This document shows positions 19,901-29,104 of a DNA stretch of 64,000 nt, one piece after another (positions within the stretch are counted from its first letter, which is position 1; every line of letters begins with the position of its first letter). Under the pieces are notes generated by a model that saw nothing but the letters and a program-made list of their open reading frames with translations, was not told where the DNA came from and ran no database searches. Origin of the DNA: an uncultured Actinomycetota bacterium (GTDB lineage Bacteria; Actinomycetota; Actinomycetes; JAHEKZ01); assembly GCA_963829525.1 (NCBI GenBank), contig CAWHIJ010000003.1:2848001-2912000 (forward strand), given 5' to 3'. The position numbers and the translations under genes were made by a program.

Positions 19901-21159
19901 GGCATGAGCGCGGTCTCGAATGCGTAGAGAGCGATGAGGTAGGTCGCCAGCAGGCCAGCCACTGCGAACACCGCGGCCACGCGCAGTCGAAGCGAGGTCT
20001 GCAACGCGGGATCGAGGGCTCGGTAGATGAGCACCCCAGCTGTCGCGACGGCTGCGGCATAGAGGACCGCGGTGCCGGCACCGTGCAGGGGCGGTGTCAC
20101 CGTCGTTGCCACGGCGAGCACCACAGCAGTTGGAACAAGGGCCGAGACCGCGACTCGAAGCCGTCCCGGCTGCCGCGACATGGCGTCGGCCGGTGCAGTG
20201 CGACCGCGGCGCAGCGCGTTGATGCCACTGCCGGCACCCAGGAAGAGCGTGGCCTTGTAGAAACCGTGCCCGATCAGGTGAAAGAGGGCAGCGGCCGGTG
20301 CACCGAGGCCGACCTGGATCGTCATGAAGCCCATCTGTGCCGACGTGGACGCGGCGAGCCGGCCCTTGATGTCGGGTCGGACGGCCGCGATGGCCGTCGC
20401 CACCAGAATGGTGGCGGCTCCGATGAGCACCAGTGCGACCAGCACCACCGGCGCCGCTGCGAAGACCGGCCAGAGCAGAACGGCAAGCACTCCGGCGCCA
20501 TTGACGATGCCGGCATGCAGCAGGGCTGACACAGGAGTTGGTGCTGCAGCGGTCTCGGGCAGCCAGCGGTTTGCCGGGAGAAGTGCGGAGCGGATGACGC
20601 CGGAGGCAGCGACCAGTGCAGCGATCGCGGCGATCTGCAGACCCGAGACTTCGGCAACCGCTGTGTTGAGCTCGCCGCGATTGGTCGTTCCGGCAGCGGC
20701 GGCCAGGGCGATGATCCCGGCCAGCAGGATCACGTCGCCAGCGACCAACCAGGCCGCGACATACCGTGCCGGGCGACGACCCGCGTCGGTCGTGTGGCGC
20801 CACCGAACCAATGCGATGAGCGACCAGGTGGCCGCGACCCAGCCGAACCATAGAAGCGGCAGGTGAAGGGCGGCGACCGCCACCGCCAGTCCGAAGACCG
20901 CGCCACCAAGCCCAGCGGCATACCGACCCACGCGCGGTTCACCCGACAGCTGCCGCGTGGAGTAGGCGCCCACCACCGCGCCGACCCCCAGGATCAGGAC
21001 CAGCAGCGCGGCCGAGGCGAGGTCAAGCCGGAGAGCCAGGACATCGATGCCGAACGGCTGGGCGGTCACTGGACCGCCGAATGCCACGCCCACCAACCCA
21101 GCCAGAGCGGCTGCAGCCAGCGCATAGAGCGTGCCACTGAGAACCCGGAGCGTCGTCAT
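16927..21159 (-). CDS. dabBA: Fused DabB (NuoL/NdhF-like membrane subunit)-DabA (DUF2309) inorganic carbon transporter
   Basis: N-terminal WLPETAAAPTPVSALLHAG, STSAQMGFM, FHLIGHGFYKATLFL; C-terminal WPLGQFVASNPL, FCIDVRSE, GFAGFF, GHGS, CGACGG, RPEWGLAGNA, HSY; one continuous ORF. Confidence 0.92.
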   Translation of the reverse strand: MTTLRVLSGTLYALAAAALAGLVGVAFGGPVTAQPFGIDVLALRLDLASAALLVLILGVGAVVGAYSTRQLSGEPRVGRYAAGLGGAVFGLAVAVAALHLPLLWFGWVAATWSLIALVRWRHTTDAGRRPARYVAAWLVAGDVILLAGIIALAAAAGTTNRGELNTAVAEVSGLQIAAIAALVAASGVIRSALLPANRWLPETAAAPTPVSALLHAGIVNGAGVLAVLLWPVFAAAPVVLVALVLIGAATILVATAIAAVRPDIKGRLAASTSAQMGFMTIQVGLGAPAAALFHLIGHGFYKATLFLGAGSGINALRRGRTAPADAMSRQPGRLRVAVSALVPTAVVLAVATTVTPPLHGAGTAVLYAAAVATAGVLIYRALDPALQTSLRLRVAAVFAVAGLLATYLIALYAFETALMPVIGVTGPALPAPVLLVLVSLLLGLGVLGVIVDHRARSGRAPAMVVRAVAAAMSPRGGKRHVVPTHESTTVITPVERARARASVAAASQIVAPSWPLGQFVASNPLAGLEHLPFDEATDRAARARGGAVALSTAHYQRLYAAGEVTDSALVAAILERIDTLPVPPMLPRTSPVDLTRNMLITTEDGVPRALHGAARTAVMSLGARVGNLLHDDGVMLTIAGRTDRDRGTALDDQIADAVAAWLAYLLADDDVRWSAPRGPLFARWRSLVQTVTVDRSMRAKGFAAAVAALPRRADETVAHQLSLMGIGNDEWSEYLTATFARLPGWASHVAWLERESGSDTATLLDLAAIHLSVERLIVATESSSAQGSIGAGSLPEELATGLPATTQRAILHLEQVALAAGLDAEALGGLDDVSLITLLRYVEAVREEAPRIWRTAQEATFRDPLVSELATWAEAEPDEAEVGPDVQAVFCIDVRSEPLRRQLEAAGSVQTLGFAGFFAVPFTHTSLAAACGTAQCPVLLTPRHGIHEVAGPQHHELAHRALTGARAQRQMAASTVEAQKAPNAPYSFAEAAGWLLAPLTLLRTVSPRAWFGLRKATRDVVQPPVPTRQTIDETRDGLGFSADEQLFLAEAALRTMGLTRDFARLVMISGHGSHTENNPFEAAYDCGACGGNPGGVNARALATILNSDVVRGRLADVGIDVPNSTWFLPAEHDTTVDTVTLLDADQVPTSHWQDVAELRVMLDSATRSLSGQRIGTLPDAPKGATPAAARRHVERRAADWAQTRPEWGLAGNAAFVVGDRSITERCDLGGRAFLHSYRWQDDEEGAGLEVILTAPMVVAEWINTQYYFSSVDPDHFGSGSKVLHNLVGRIGVLSGPRGDLKPGLPLQAVAESVDAEGVQLRHQPLRLMTVVQAPLDRVAAVVARNPVLQTLFGNEWVSLVVLDPTSPEPQRYLTGGKWRPWFAHTAQEPDAISPVVDLSGSSTPTIGATR

Positions 21160-21165
21160 GCGCAC

Positions 21166-21196
21166 AGTTTTACCGGAACTTATCTTCGTATGTCAA
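21166..21196 (-). promoter_or_regulatory. SigA-type promoter of dabBA, probably leaderless
   Basis: TTGACA-N18-TAAAACT, then 6 nt to ATG 21159. Confidence 0.65.
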
Positions 21197-21349
21197 CCCA
21201 GCCCGTCTCCAGTGCAGAGAGCCCGCTGCCGATCCACGACGTGCAGATTCCGACGGCTGTATCGACATCCGTGCGGCGACACAACCCGCCTGACACACCA
21301 AAGGGCGCGGACCGCGAAGGACGGGCGACGTCTTCTGTCCCGCATCGAG

Positions 21350-21422
21350 AGCCGACGGTCAGATTCGAACTGACGACCTACCGCTTACAAGGCGGTTGCG
21401 CTACCAACTGCGCCACGCCGGC
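21350..21422 (-). tRNA. tRNA-Thr (anticodon TGT), CCA not encoded
   Basis: GCCGGCGTGGCGCAGTTGGTAGCGCAACCGCCTTGTAAGCGGTAGGTCGTCAGTTCGAATCTGACCGTCGGCT folds as a cloverleaf with a GTTCGAA T-loop. Confidence 0.97.
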
Positions 21423-21430
21423 TGGAGAAC

Positions 21431-22039
21431 TCAGCCTACCGAGGCTCCCGGTGGACGGGTCAGGCACCAGACTCGCGTCCCATCATCGAGGTCGAGCTCA
21501 CCGGTCACCTCGAACCCGAACCGGCCGTAGAACCCCACGTTTCCTTCCGTACCGGTCTCCAAGAACGTCGGAAGTCCCGCAGCGTCGGCGGCTTCGATTC
21601 CCGGGCGCAGCACCGCAGATCCGTGTCCGCGACCTCGCGCCGAAGGGTCGGAGGCGATCACGCCGAGGTAGTAGTGCTCGCCTGCCGGGCCGAGGTCGTG
21701 CACCAACGCGTCGTAGGCGTCCAGACGCTGCTCGATCGCCGGCCCGAACCGGTCGGCAGCCGCACGCCAGAGGATCTCCTGCTCGGCGGAGCCGAGGGCC
21801 GGCCCACCCGGGGGGTCCCACATCGAGACGGCTGCAACAGTCCCGGCCGCCTCCTCGACCCACACGATGCCACCGGCCATCCGCAGATCCAGCAAGAAGG
21901 CGAGGAACTCACGCGCGTGCGCGTCGTACGCTTCGCCGAAGAAGTGGGCGAAGGCCGGTTCGGTGACGAAGGCCGCCTCGACGACATCAAGGATCGGCTC
22001 GCGATCGATGGCGGACGCCCGCCGCACCAGACGCTGCAT
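21431..22039 (-). CDS. GNAT acetyltransferase
   Basis: HYYLGVIASDPSARGRGHGSAVL...FLET...NVGFYGRFGF. Confidence 0.9.
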   Translation of the reverse strand: MQRLVRRASAIDREPILDVVEAAFVTEPAFAHFFGEAYDAHAREFLAFLLDLRMAGGIVWVEEAAGTVAAVSMWDPPGGPALGSAEQEILWRAAADRFGPAIEQRLDAYDALVHDLGPAGEHYYLGVIASDPSARGRGHGSAVLRPGIEAADAAGLPTFLETGTEGNVGFYGRFGFEVTGELDLDDGTRVWCLTRPPGASVG

Positions 22040-22062
22040 CCCGACAATCTAAAGGACTTGCA

Positions 22063-22758
22063 TCAGCCGAGCAGCAGCCAGAGCGCCTGCAGCGCCGCCG
22101 GCGTAACCGCCGCGATCGCCGGCCTTGGGCGCAACCACCCCGTCGCGGCCAGGGCACCGGCCCACGGCACCGTCAGCGCGACCATCGCGGGCACCGGCAT
22201 CTCGCTGGTGTCGCTTAGCAGGACCGCGAAGCCGATGCCGAGGACGAGCACGCTGACCGCAGCCGCAGCGGCCACGACGACGCCGCGAGTTGCGTGCCAC
22301 GGCTCGATCTCGTCGCGCGAGACCAGCAACCAGATCGATGTTGCGAGCACGGCAGCTGACGCCGCGGTCACGAGCAGCAGGGTGACGACCTCACGGTCCA
22401 AGATGTTGCCGAAGCAAGGTTGCGCCAGCACCCATGCCCAACCTGACACAGCGCCACCGAGCAGGGTGATCGAAGCGCCGGCAGAGAGCGCAGGCGCGAC
22501 GGCGGTGACTCGGGGGAGGCGCACAGCCATGGCCAGTCCGGCCAGCCCGATCAGGACGGTCAGCACTCCGGCCGCCGGGAGCACCTGGACGTCGTCACCT
22601 GCGCAGCCCTGCATCGCTCCCAGGGCGAGCGTCACGGCAAGCACTAGCGCGGCAACGACCTGCACCAGTCCCACGTCGCGCATGCGTGGACGCACCCGTT
22701 GGACGTCCCGCGTGGGGGCGTCGACCACCTTGAACACCGGCTCCTCCTCGGCGCCCAT
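22063..22758 (-). CDS. Hypothetical multi-pass membrane protein
   Basis: 6-7 hydrophobic segments; start at ATG 22758 is an estimate. Confidence 0.6.
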   Translation of the reverse strand: MGAEEEPVFKVVDAPTRDVQRVRPRMRDVGLVQVVAALVLAVTLALGAMQGCAGDDVQVLPAAGVLTVLIGLAGLAMAVRLPRVTAVAPALSAGASITLLGGAVSGWAWVLAQPCFGNILDREVVTLLLVTAASAAVLATSIWLLVSRDEIEPWHATRGVVVAAAAAVSVLVLGIGFAVLLSDTSEMPVPAMVALTVPWAGALAATGWLRPRPAIAAVTPAALQALWLLLG

Positions 22759-22855
22759 CCTGACCGACGGTTCACGAGCATCAGGCGTAGTTGGCCGGTG
22801 GTTCCCCCAGACGGGCCAACGACCGAGCGGATCGAGCGGTCTAGCGGGTGGCGGC

Positions 22856-23817
22856 TCAGCCCGAGCGGCGTTGCGCCAACGCATAGAGGCCGATCCCCGC
22901 GGCAACGCTGGCGTTGAGCGACTCCGTGCCACCGCTGATCGGGATCCCGGCGACGACGTCGCACCCGTCGCGCACGAGCCGAGACAGGCCAGCTCCCTCG
23001 GCGCCGATCACCAGCACCAACGGCAGGTCGGCATCCACCTCGTCGATCGTGGTGTCAGCATCGGCGTCAAGCCCGACCACGAAGAGCCCGGCCTTGCGGT
23101 AGGCAGCCAGCGCTCTCGACAGGTTCGTGCACTGTGCCACCGGGACGCGGGCAGCTGCACCTGACGCGGTCTTCCACGCCGAAGCCGTCATGCTGGCCGC
23201 CCTTCGGTCAGGCACCAGGACACCGTGCGCGCCGAACGCTGCCGCCGACCGAACCACCGCACCAAGGTTACGGGGGTCGGTAACGTGGTCGAGCGCGACG
23301 ATCAGCGGCGTCTCGCGGGCGTCGGCCGCCCGCTCGAGCAGGTCGTCAGCGTGCGCGTACTCATACGGCGGCACCTGCAGGATCAGCCCTTGATGGGTCA
23401 ACCCGTCAGCGAGCCGGTCGAGCTCAATGCGCGGTGCCTCGAGCACCGGGAGCGACTGCTCGTTCGCGAGGTCGACGGCGTGACGCACGCGCTCGTCGGC
23501 GTCGATTCGCTCGGCAACATAGAGAGCTGTCGCCGGAATCTGCGCCGTCAAGGAGTCGACCACCGAGTTGCGTCCGACGACGTACTCCGGACCACCCTTG
23601 GGCGAACGACCACGTCCTGACGACGGACGCTTGCCGCCCTTCTCCGCGCTCTTGGCGGCCGACCTCGCTCGACGGGCAGCACGTGCTTGTCGCGCTCGGA
23701 CGCCTTCGGCGTCGGGCCGCGCCCCTTCAGCTGCTTTCGGCGCTGGCCGCCACTGCCGACCTGAGGCCCCTTCTTGTCCTTACGAATCGCGCCTTTGCGC
23801 TCTGAGTTGCCGGCCAT
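22856..23817 (-). CDS. rlmB: 23S rRNA Gm2251 methyltransferase; one base missing at ~23683
   Basis: [10 protein letters not shown]...GRGPTP N-terminus and [33 protein letters not shown]; directly after cysS. Confidence 0.92.
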
Positions 23818-25223
23818 CAGTTCTCCTCGAGCAGTGACCAGCGAGCGCCCTCTGCGGTGTCGTCTATCGCGATGCCGGCTGCCGCGAGTGAGTCGCGAAT
23901 CGCGTCGGCGGTGGTGAAGTCCTTGTCAGCCCTGGCCTGTTGCCGCGCAGCCAGCTGGCTGGTGACGAGGGCGTCGACAACCTCATGCAGGGCGTCGACA
24001 CGCTTGTGATCGCCCCCACGGTCGGCCCACAGCTCGCCCAGCGGGTCGACACCCAGAAGTCCAAGCATCGCGCGAACAGAAGCCAGCGCACCCCGGGTCG
24101 CTGCATCGTCCCCAGCAGCAAGTGCCTTGTTGCCGTCACGGGCGACGTCGAAAACAGCCGCGAGCGCCGCTGGCACCCCGAAGTCGTTGTCCATTGCCTG
24201 CTCAAAGTCAGCGCAGACGATCCCGGGTTCAGTGGGACCCAGGCGGTCAGTTGCATTGCGCACGAACGACTCGAGACGGCGGAAGCCGGCCGCTGCTTCT
24301 TGCAGGGCGGCCTCACTGAACTCCATGTGCGACCGATAGTGCGCAGAGAGCAGGTAGTAGCGCAGCTCGATGGGGCGCACGCGCTGCACGACCTCGGTCA
24401 CCAGTAGCGAGTTGCCGAGCGACTTGCTCATCTTCTCGCCGCTGGTCGTCACCCAGTAGTTGTGCAGCCAGTACGTTGCGAAGTCGTCGCCAGCTGCCTT
24501 GCTCTGGGCGATCTCGTTCTCGTGGTGCGGGAACACCAGGTCGAGTCCGCCGCCGTGGATGTCGAACGCTTCGCCGAGGTACTTGTGCGCCATCGCCGAG
24601 CACTCCAGGTGCCAGCCGGGACGTCCGTCACCCCATGGCGTCGGCCACGACGGCTCGCCCGGCTTCGCCGACTTCCACAGCGCAAAGTCGCGTGGGTCGC
24701 GTTTGTCGTCCGACGTGGAGTCCGCAGCTGGCAGCATCTCGTCGACCTTCTGGCCCGACAGCTCGCCGTACTGCGGCCACGAAGCGACGTCGAAGTAGAC
24801 ATCGCCGCCAGCGGCATAGGCGTGGCCCCGGTCAATCAGCCGCTGCATCAGCACGATCATCTCGGGCACGTGACCCGTGGCGCGCGGCTCACCGGCCGGT
24901 GGAAGGCAGCCGAGAACGTCATATGCGGCGGCGAAGGCACGCTCATTTCGCATCGCAAGCTGCCAGAAGGGGACACCCTCGGCCTCGGCACCGGCGATGA
25001 TTTTGTCGTCGATGTCGGTGACGTTGCGCACCAGGGTGACCTCGTAGCCGCGGTGGACGAACCAGCGGCTCATCACGTCGAAGACGACGCCGCTGCGGAT
25101 GTGTCCGATGTGTGGCGGAGCCTGCACGGTGGCGCCACAGAGGTAGATCGAAACCTTCCCCGGACGGAGCGGGGCGAACTCTCGCGCCCGGCGCGAGGCA
25201 GTGTCGTAAAGCGAGATCGTCAC
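23817..25223 (-). CDS. cysS: Cysteine-tRNA ligase
   Basis: [42 protein letters not shown]. Confidence 0.98.
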   Translation of the reverse strand: MTISLYDTASRRAREFAPLRPGKVSIYLCGATVQAPPHIGHIRSGVVFDVMSRWFVHRGYEVTLVRNVTDIDDKIIAGAEAEGVPFWQLAMRNERAFAAAYDVLGCLPPAGEPRATGHVPEMIVLMQRLIDRGHAYAAGGDVYFDVASWPQYGELSGQKVDEMLPAADSTSDDKRDPRDFALWKSAKPGEPSWPTPWGDGRPGWHLECSAMAHKYLGEAFDIHGGGLDLVFPHHENEIAQSKAAGDDFATYWLHNYWVTTSGEKMSKSLGNSLLVTEVVQRVRPIELRYYLLSAHYRSHMEFSEAALQEAAAGFRRLESFVRNATDRLGPTEPGIVCADFEQAMDNDFGVPAALAAVFDVARDGNKALAAGDDAATRGALASVRAMLGLLGVDPLGELWADRGGDHKRVDALHEVVDALVTSQLAARQQARADKDFTTADAIRDSLAAAGIAIDDTAEGARWSLLEEN

Positions 25224-25246
25224 TGGAGCAGGCTATCGGCCGGCGA

Positions 25247-26416
25247 TCAGCGCTCGTACACGGCGATGGTGCTGGGCTGCAACGTGTCAGCGACCGTGTG
25301 CAGCAGATCCTCCCGCACCGTCGCGGCGTCAAGCTCGTGTGAAAGACGGACGCCGAAGGCCTCTACGGTCTGGACCGCGTCGTAACGCGCACGGTTGAAA
25401 CGCCGGTCGACGGCGCGCTGTGCACGCCGCCGGGTCGGCTCGAGCACCGACGCTGCCGCCAAGGTGCCGAACGCAACAGCGAGGTTGGTCTGCACCGGGA
25501 GGAAATGCGTCACCGTGGCCACGACCCACAGGTAGACGGTCACCACTACTGCGGTCACGCCCAAGTACGCCACGGATCGGCTGACGAGGCGATCGATGTC
25601 GAAGAGGTGGTAGTGGAGGATGGCGACCCCGCACGCCACGGGGATGGCGGTGAACCCGAGAGCCAGCACAACGAAGCTCAGGGCAGCCATTGACGGGCCG
25701 TAGACGCTGGCAAGATTCCAGGTCACTATCTGCGTCACCTGGGCGATGCTCGCGACGACTGCCGCGAACGCGAACCACTTCAGTTGCAGGTGAGTGACAC
25801 CGGTCGAGCGTCGGAACCGAAGAACCATGGAGGCCGCACCCAGCAGCAGCGCCACCGGGATCAGCATGAAGGGCAGATGCGCGTCCACCATGAGCCAGTT
25901 CACGATCGACTCGGCCCCGTTCGGGTCAGAGATCGGCGGCTCGGATCCGCCGAGCGGTACGGAGATCACCGAGATGGCCACGGTCAGCCACACCACGGGC
26001 CGCCAACGTGGCGAGAGCAGGTGTCCGTCCGGATACAGGAGCAAGAGCAGTACCACGAGCGGAAACGCCGGCGTGGACACCAGGTCCAAGAGCCACGGAG
26101 CCCATGCCGAGCCCGGCAAGTCGAGAGCCGCCTGAGCCATGACGGCCAGCGGTAGCACGACCGCCCAGCCGAGCCCGAGCAAGAGTCCGCCGATGCGGTA
26201 GTTCGGAGTTCGGGCACAGATCATCCCGCCGATGAAGGCGTAGGCAGTGCCGCAGATGCCGAAGAGAGCCAGGCCCGCGGTGGACGCCGTCTGCTCGGCT
26301 GGCGTGAACACAAGCGTCTCGTTCAGGCTGACCAGGACAGCCAGGATCGCCAGTACCGGCACTGTCCAGGTGAGCGCCCACACCAGGGCCGTACGCCAAT
26401 AGCGGGCAGCAGGCAT
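25247..26416 (-). CDS. Multi-pass membrane protein resembling a histidine-kinase sensor region but lacking a kinase domain (copy 1)
   Basis: ~10 TMs, [42 protein letters not shown]; GAGGAGG RBS. Confidence 0.8.
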   Translation of the reverse strand: MPAARYWRTALVWALTWTVPVLAILAVLVSLNETLVFTPAEQTASTAGLALFGICGTAYAFIGGMICARTPNYRIGGLLLGLGWAVVLPLAVMAQAALDLPGSAWAPWLLDLVSTPAFPLVVLLLLLYPDGHLLSPRWRPVVWLTVAISVISVPLGGSEPPISDPNGAESIVNWLMVDAHLPFMLIPVALLLGAASMVLRFRRSTGVTHLQLKWFAFAAVVASIAQVTQIVTWNLASVYGPSMAALSFVVLALGFTAIPVACGVAILHYHLFDIDRLVSRSVAYLGVTAVVVTVYLWVVATVTHFLPVQTNLAVAFGTLAAASVLEPTRRRAQRAVDRRFNRARYDAVQTVEAFGVRLSHELDAATVREDLLHTVADTLQPSTIAVYER

Positions 26417-26592
26417 CGATCGTCACCTCCTCATCGCCGATCTTGTCGGCGGCGCGTTCCGAGAGCGTTACGGACCTCCCGTCCAGTCGGCGAGGCATGC
26501 ACGAGTCGTCCACAGCGTGAATCCGGAGGATGTTGCGTGCGACCCGGTGAATGCGTCGTTCTTGGGGCTTGGCGGGGGACGATGGCTGGCGA

Positions 26593-27768
26593 TCAGCGCA
26601 CATAAACGGCGATGGTGCTGGGCTGCAACGTGTCAGCGACCGTGTGGAGCAGATCCTCCCGCACAGTCCCGGCGTCAAGCTCGTGTGAAAGACGCACCCC
26701 GAAAGCCTCTACAGTCTGGCCCGCGTCGTAACGCGCACGGTTGAAACGCCGGTCGACGGCGCGCTGTACACGCCGCCGGGTCGGCTCGAGCACCGATGCC
26801 GCGGCCAGGGTGCCGAACGCCACAGCGAGGTTGGTCTGCACCGGGAGGAAATGCGTCACCGTGGCCACGACCCACAGGTAGACGGTCACCACTACTGCGG
26901 TCACGCCCAAGTACGCCACGGATCGGCTGACGAGGCGATCGATGTCGAAGAGGTGGTAGTGGAGGATGGCGACCCCGCACGCCACGGGGATGGCGGTGAA
27001 CCCGAGAGCCAGCACAACGAAGCTCACGCCGCCCAGTGGCAGGCCGTAGACCTGGGCCAGGGTCCACAGGACGGTCTGCAGCACCTGCGCAACGGTCGCG
27101 ACGACCGCTGCAAACGCCAACCACTTCATCTGTATGTGAATGACGCCCGTCGACCGCCGGAACCGAAGCACCATGGAGACCGCCCCCAGCAGCAACGCCA
27201 CCGGGATCAGCATGAACACCAGGTGAGCACCAGAGTCGGTCACCAGCCAGTTCACGACCGACTGGGCGCCGCTGGGGTCAGAGACCTGCGGTTCGAACAC
27301 GCTCAGCAGCACTGACAGCACTGCGATGGCCACTATCAACCACACCGCAGGTCGCCAACGTGGCGACAGCAGGTGTCCGTCCGGGAAGAGCAGCAACACC
27401 ATTGCCAGGAGCGGAAACACTTGGATCGTTACCAGGTCCACGAGTGACGGAACCCACGCCGAACCTGGCAGGTCTAGAGCTGCTTGGGCCATCCACGCCA
27501 GTGTCAGCGCGATGACCCAGCCGAGCCCGAGCAAGAGAGCGCCGATGCGCATGTTCGGGGCTCGGGCACAGATCAGCCCGCCGATGAGCGCAAACGCGCT
27601 TGCGCAAAGACCGACCAGGGCCGCGCCGGCGGTGGGGGCTGTCTGGCCGGTTCCCGCGAACTCAAGCGTGCCCTTGCGGCTGGCCAGGACCGCCAGGACG
27701 GCCAGTACCGGAACTGTCCAGGTGAGCGCCCACACGACGCCGGTACGCCAATAGCCGGCAGCAGGCAT
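26593..27768 (-). CDS. Paralog of the preceding membrane protein (copy 2)
   Basis: Same motifs; C-terminal ~140 aa nearly identical to copy 1. Confidence 0.8.
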   Translation of the reverse strand: MPAAGYWRTGVVWALTWTVPVLAVLAVLASRKGTLEFAGTGQTAPTAGAALVGLCASAFALIGGLICARAPNMRIGALLLGLGWVIALTLAWMAQAALDLPGSAWVPSLVDLVTIQVFPLLAMVLLLFPDGHLLSPRWRPAVWLIVAIAVLSVLLSVFEPQVSDPSGAQSVVNWLVTDSGAHLVFMLIPVALLLGAVSMVLRFRRSTGVIHIQMKWLAFAAVVATVAQVLQTVLWTLAQVYGLPLGGVSFVVLALGFTAIPVACGVAILHYHLFDIDRLVSRSVAYLGVTAVVVTVYLWVVATVTHFLPVQTNLAVAFGTLAAASVLEPTRRRVQRAVDRRFNRARYDAGQTVEAFGVRLSHELDAGTVREDLLHTVADTLQPSTIAVYVR

Positions 27769-27920
27769 CGATCGCCACCTCCTCATCGCCGATCTTGTCG
27801 TCGGCGCGTTCCGAGAGCGTTACGGAACGCCCGGCCAACGCATCGGCAGGGTACGGGTGGACGCGGAGGATGGGCGGGGAAGCTGTTCCGCAGGTGCGGG
27901 TGAATGCGTCGTTCTTGGGG

Positions 27921-28397
27921 TTATCGGGGGACGATCAGAGCGGTGGCGACGGCGGCGACGCCTTCACCGCGGCCAGTGAGACCGAGGCCGTCGGTGGTCG
28001 TACCGCTCACCGACACGGGAGCGTCGATCGCTGCCGAGAGCGCAGCCTCCGCCTCTCTCCGGCGCGGCCCGATCCTGGGTCGCTCGCCTATCACCTGCAC
28101 GGCGACGTTGCCGATCCGATACCCCGCCTCGCCCACAAGGCGTGCGCACTCGGCAAGCAGTCGGGAGCCGGACGCCCCGGCCCACTCCGGCCGATCGGTG
28201 CCAAAGACCGATCCGAGGTCGCCCAGCCCTGCTGCCGAGAGCAGCGCGTCGCAGCAGGCGTGCGCGGCGACGTCTCCGTCGGAGTGACCACTGCAACCGA
28301 CCGGCTCGTCCGGCCACGCCAGCCCCGCGAGCGCCATCGGGTGACCGGCCTCGAGCGGATGGACGTCGACACCGACACCAACGCGGGGCGTCGGCAC
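27921..28397 (-). CDS. ispF: 2-C-methyl-D-erythritol 2,4-cyclodiphosphate synthase
   Basis: [38 protein letters not shown]. Confidence 0.96.
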   Translation of the reverse strand: MPTPRVGVGVDVHPLEAGHPMALAGLAWPDEPVGCSGHSDGDVAAHACCDALLSAAGLGDLGSVFGTDRPEWAGASGSRLLAECARLVGEAGYRIGNVAVQVIGERPRIGPRRREAEAALSAAIDAPVSVSGTTTDGLGLTGRGEGVAAVATALIVPR

Positions 28398-29104
28398 TAG
28401 TGAACCCCCGCCGAGCGGCGGCGTGCGAGCACCGCTTCGGCCAGCAACAAGTCAATGGGACGCGTGACCTTGAAGCCATCCTCTGAGCCGGGGATCACCA
28501 TCACCGGACGCCCGAAGTGCTCGACGAGCCCGGCGTCGTCGGAGGCGTCCTCTAACCCCTGCTCGGCGGCGTCGCGGTGCGCCGACTCCAAGACGATGCG
28601 AGCAAAGCCCTGCGGCGTCTGAGCGGCCCGAAGCTGGGAGCGGTCGACCGTGGCTTCGACCCGACCAGCGGTGTCGACCTGCTTGATGGTGTCGGTGACC
28701 CCGACGGCGGGAACGACGGCATCCGCACCGGAGCGGACCGCTGACGTCACTGCATCGATCACCTCGCCGGGGACCAGGGGGCGGGCAGCGTCGTGCACCA
28801 GGACTACGTCAATGTCGTCAGGGATCGCTCGGAGGGCAAGCGCCACTGACTGCTGTCGCGTCTGGCCGCCCGTGACCACGTGCAGCTCGGTTTCGCCGGC
28901 GACCGGGTGCAGCAGCCTGCTCACTCGAGACTCTTCGCCAGCTGGGGCGGCAACCACGATGACGTCGACCGACCGTGCCTCCGCAAGCGCCCGGACCACG
29001 TGGGCCAGCAGCGGCTGACCCGCGAGGTCACGCAGTGCTTTCGGCTCACCTGGGCCGAGCCGGTCACCGCGGCCAGCAGCCGGGACGATGGCAGCCGCCC
29101 TCAC
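28397..29104 (-). CDS. ispD: 2-C-methyl-D-erythritol 4-phosphate cytidylyltransferase
   Basis: [10 protein letters not shown]...[34 protein letters not shown]. Confidence 0.96.
   Translation of the reverse strand: MRAAAIVPAAGRGDRLGPGEPKALRDLAGQPLLAHVVRALAEARSVDVIVVAAPAGEESRVSRLLHPVAGETELHVVTGGQTRQQSVALALRAIPDDIDVVLVHDAARPLVPGEVIDAVTSAVRSGADAVVPAVGVTDTIKQVDTAGRVEATVDRSQLRAAQTPQGFARIVLESAHRDAAEQGLEDASDDAGLVEHFGRPVMVIPGSEDGFKVTRPIDLLLAEAVLARRRSAGVH

Larger units (their letters stand above)
25242..27935. repeat. ~1.35-kb tandem duplication (gene plus upstream region)
   Basis: 25259-25680 nearly identical to 26605-27026 (offset 1346); upstream blocks cctcctcatcgccgatcttgtc..ttccgagagcgttacgga and gtgaatgcgtcgttcttgggg occur twice. 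Confidence 0.92.

Noticed and set aside
16927-21159. NADH dehydrogenase subunit L, or proof of autotrophy
   Set aside because: The NuoL-like part is fused to DUF2309 with no other nuo/mrp genes, and no carbon-fixation genes occur in the window.
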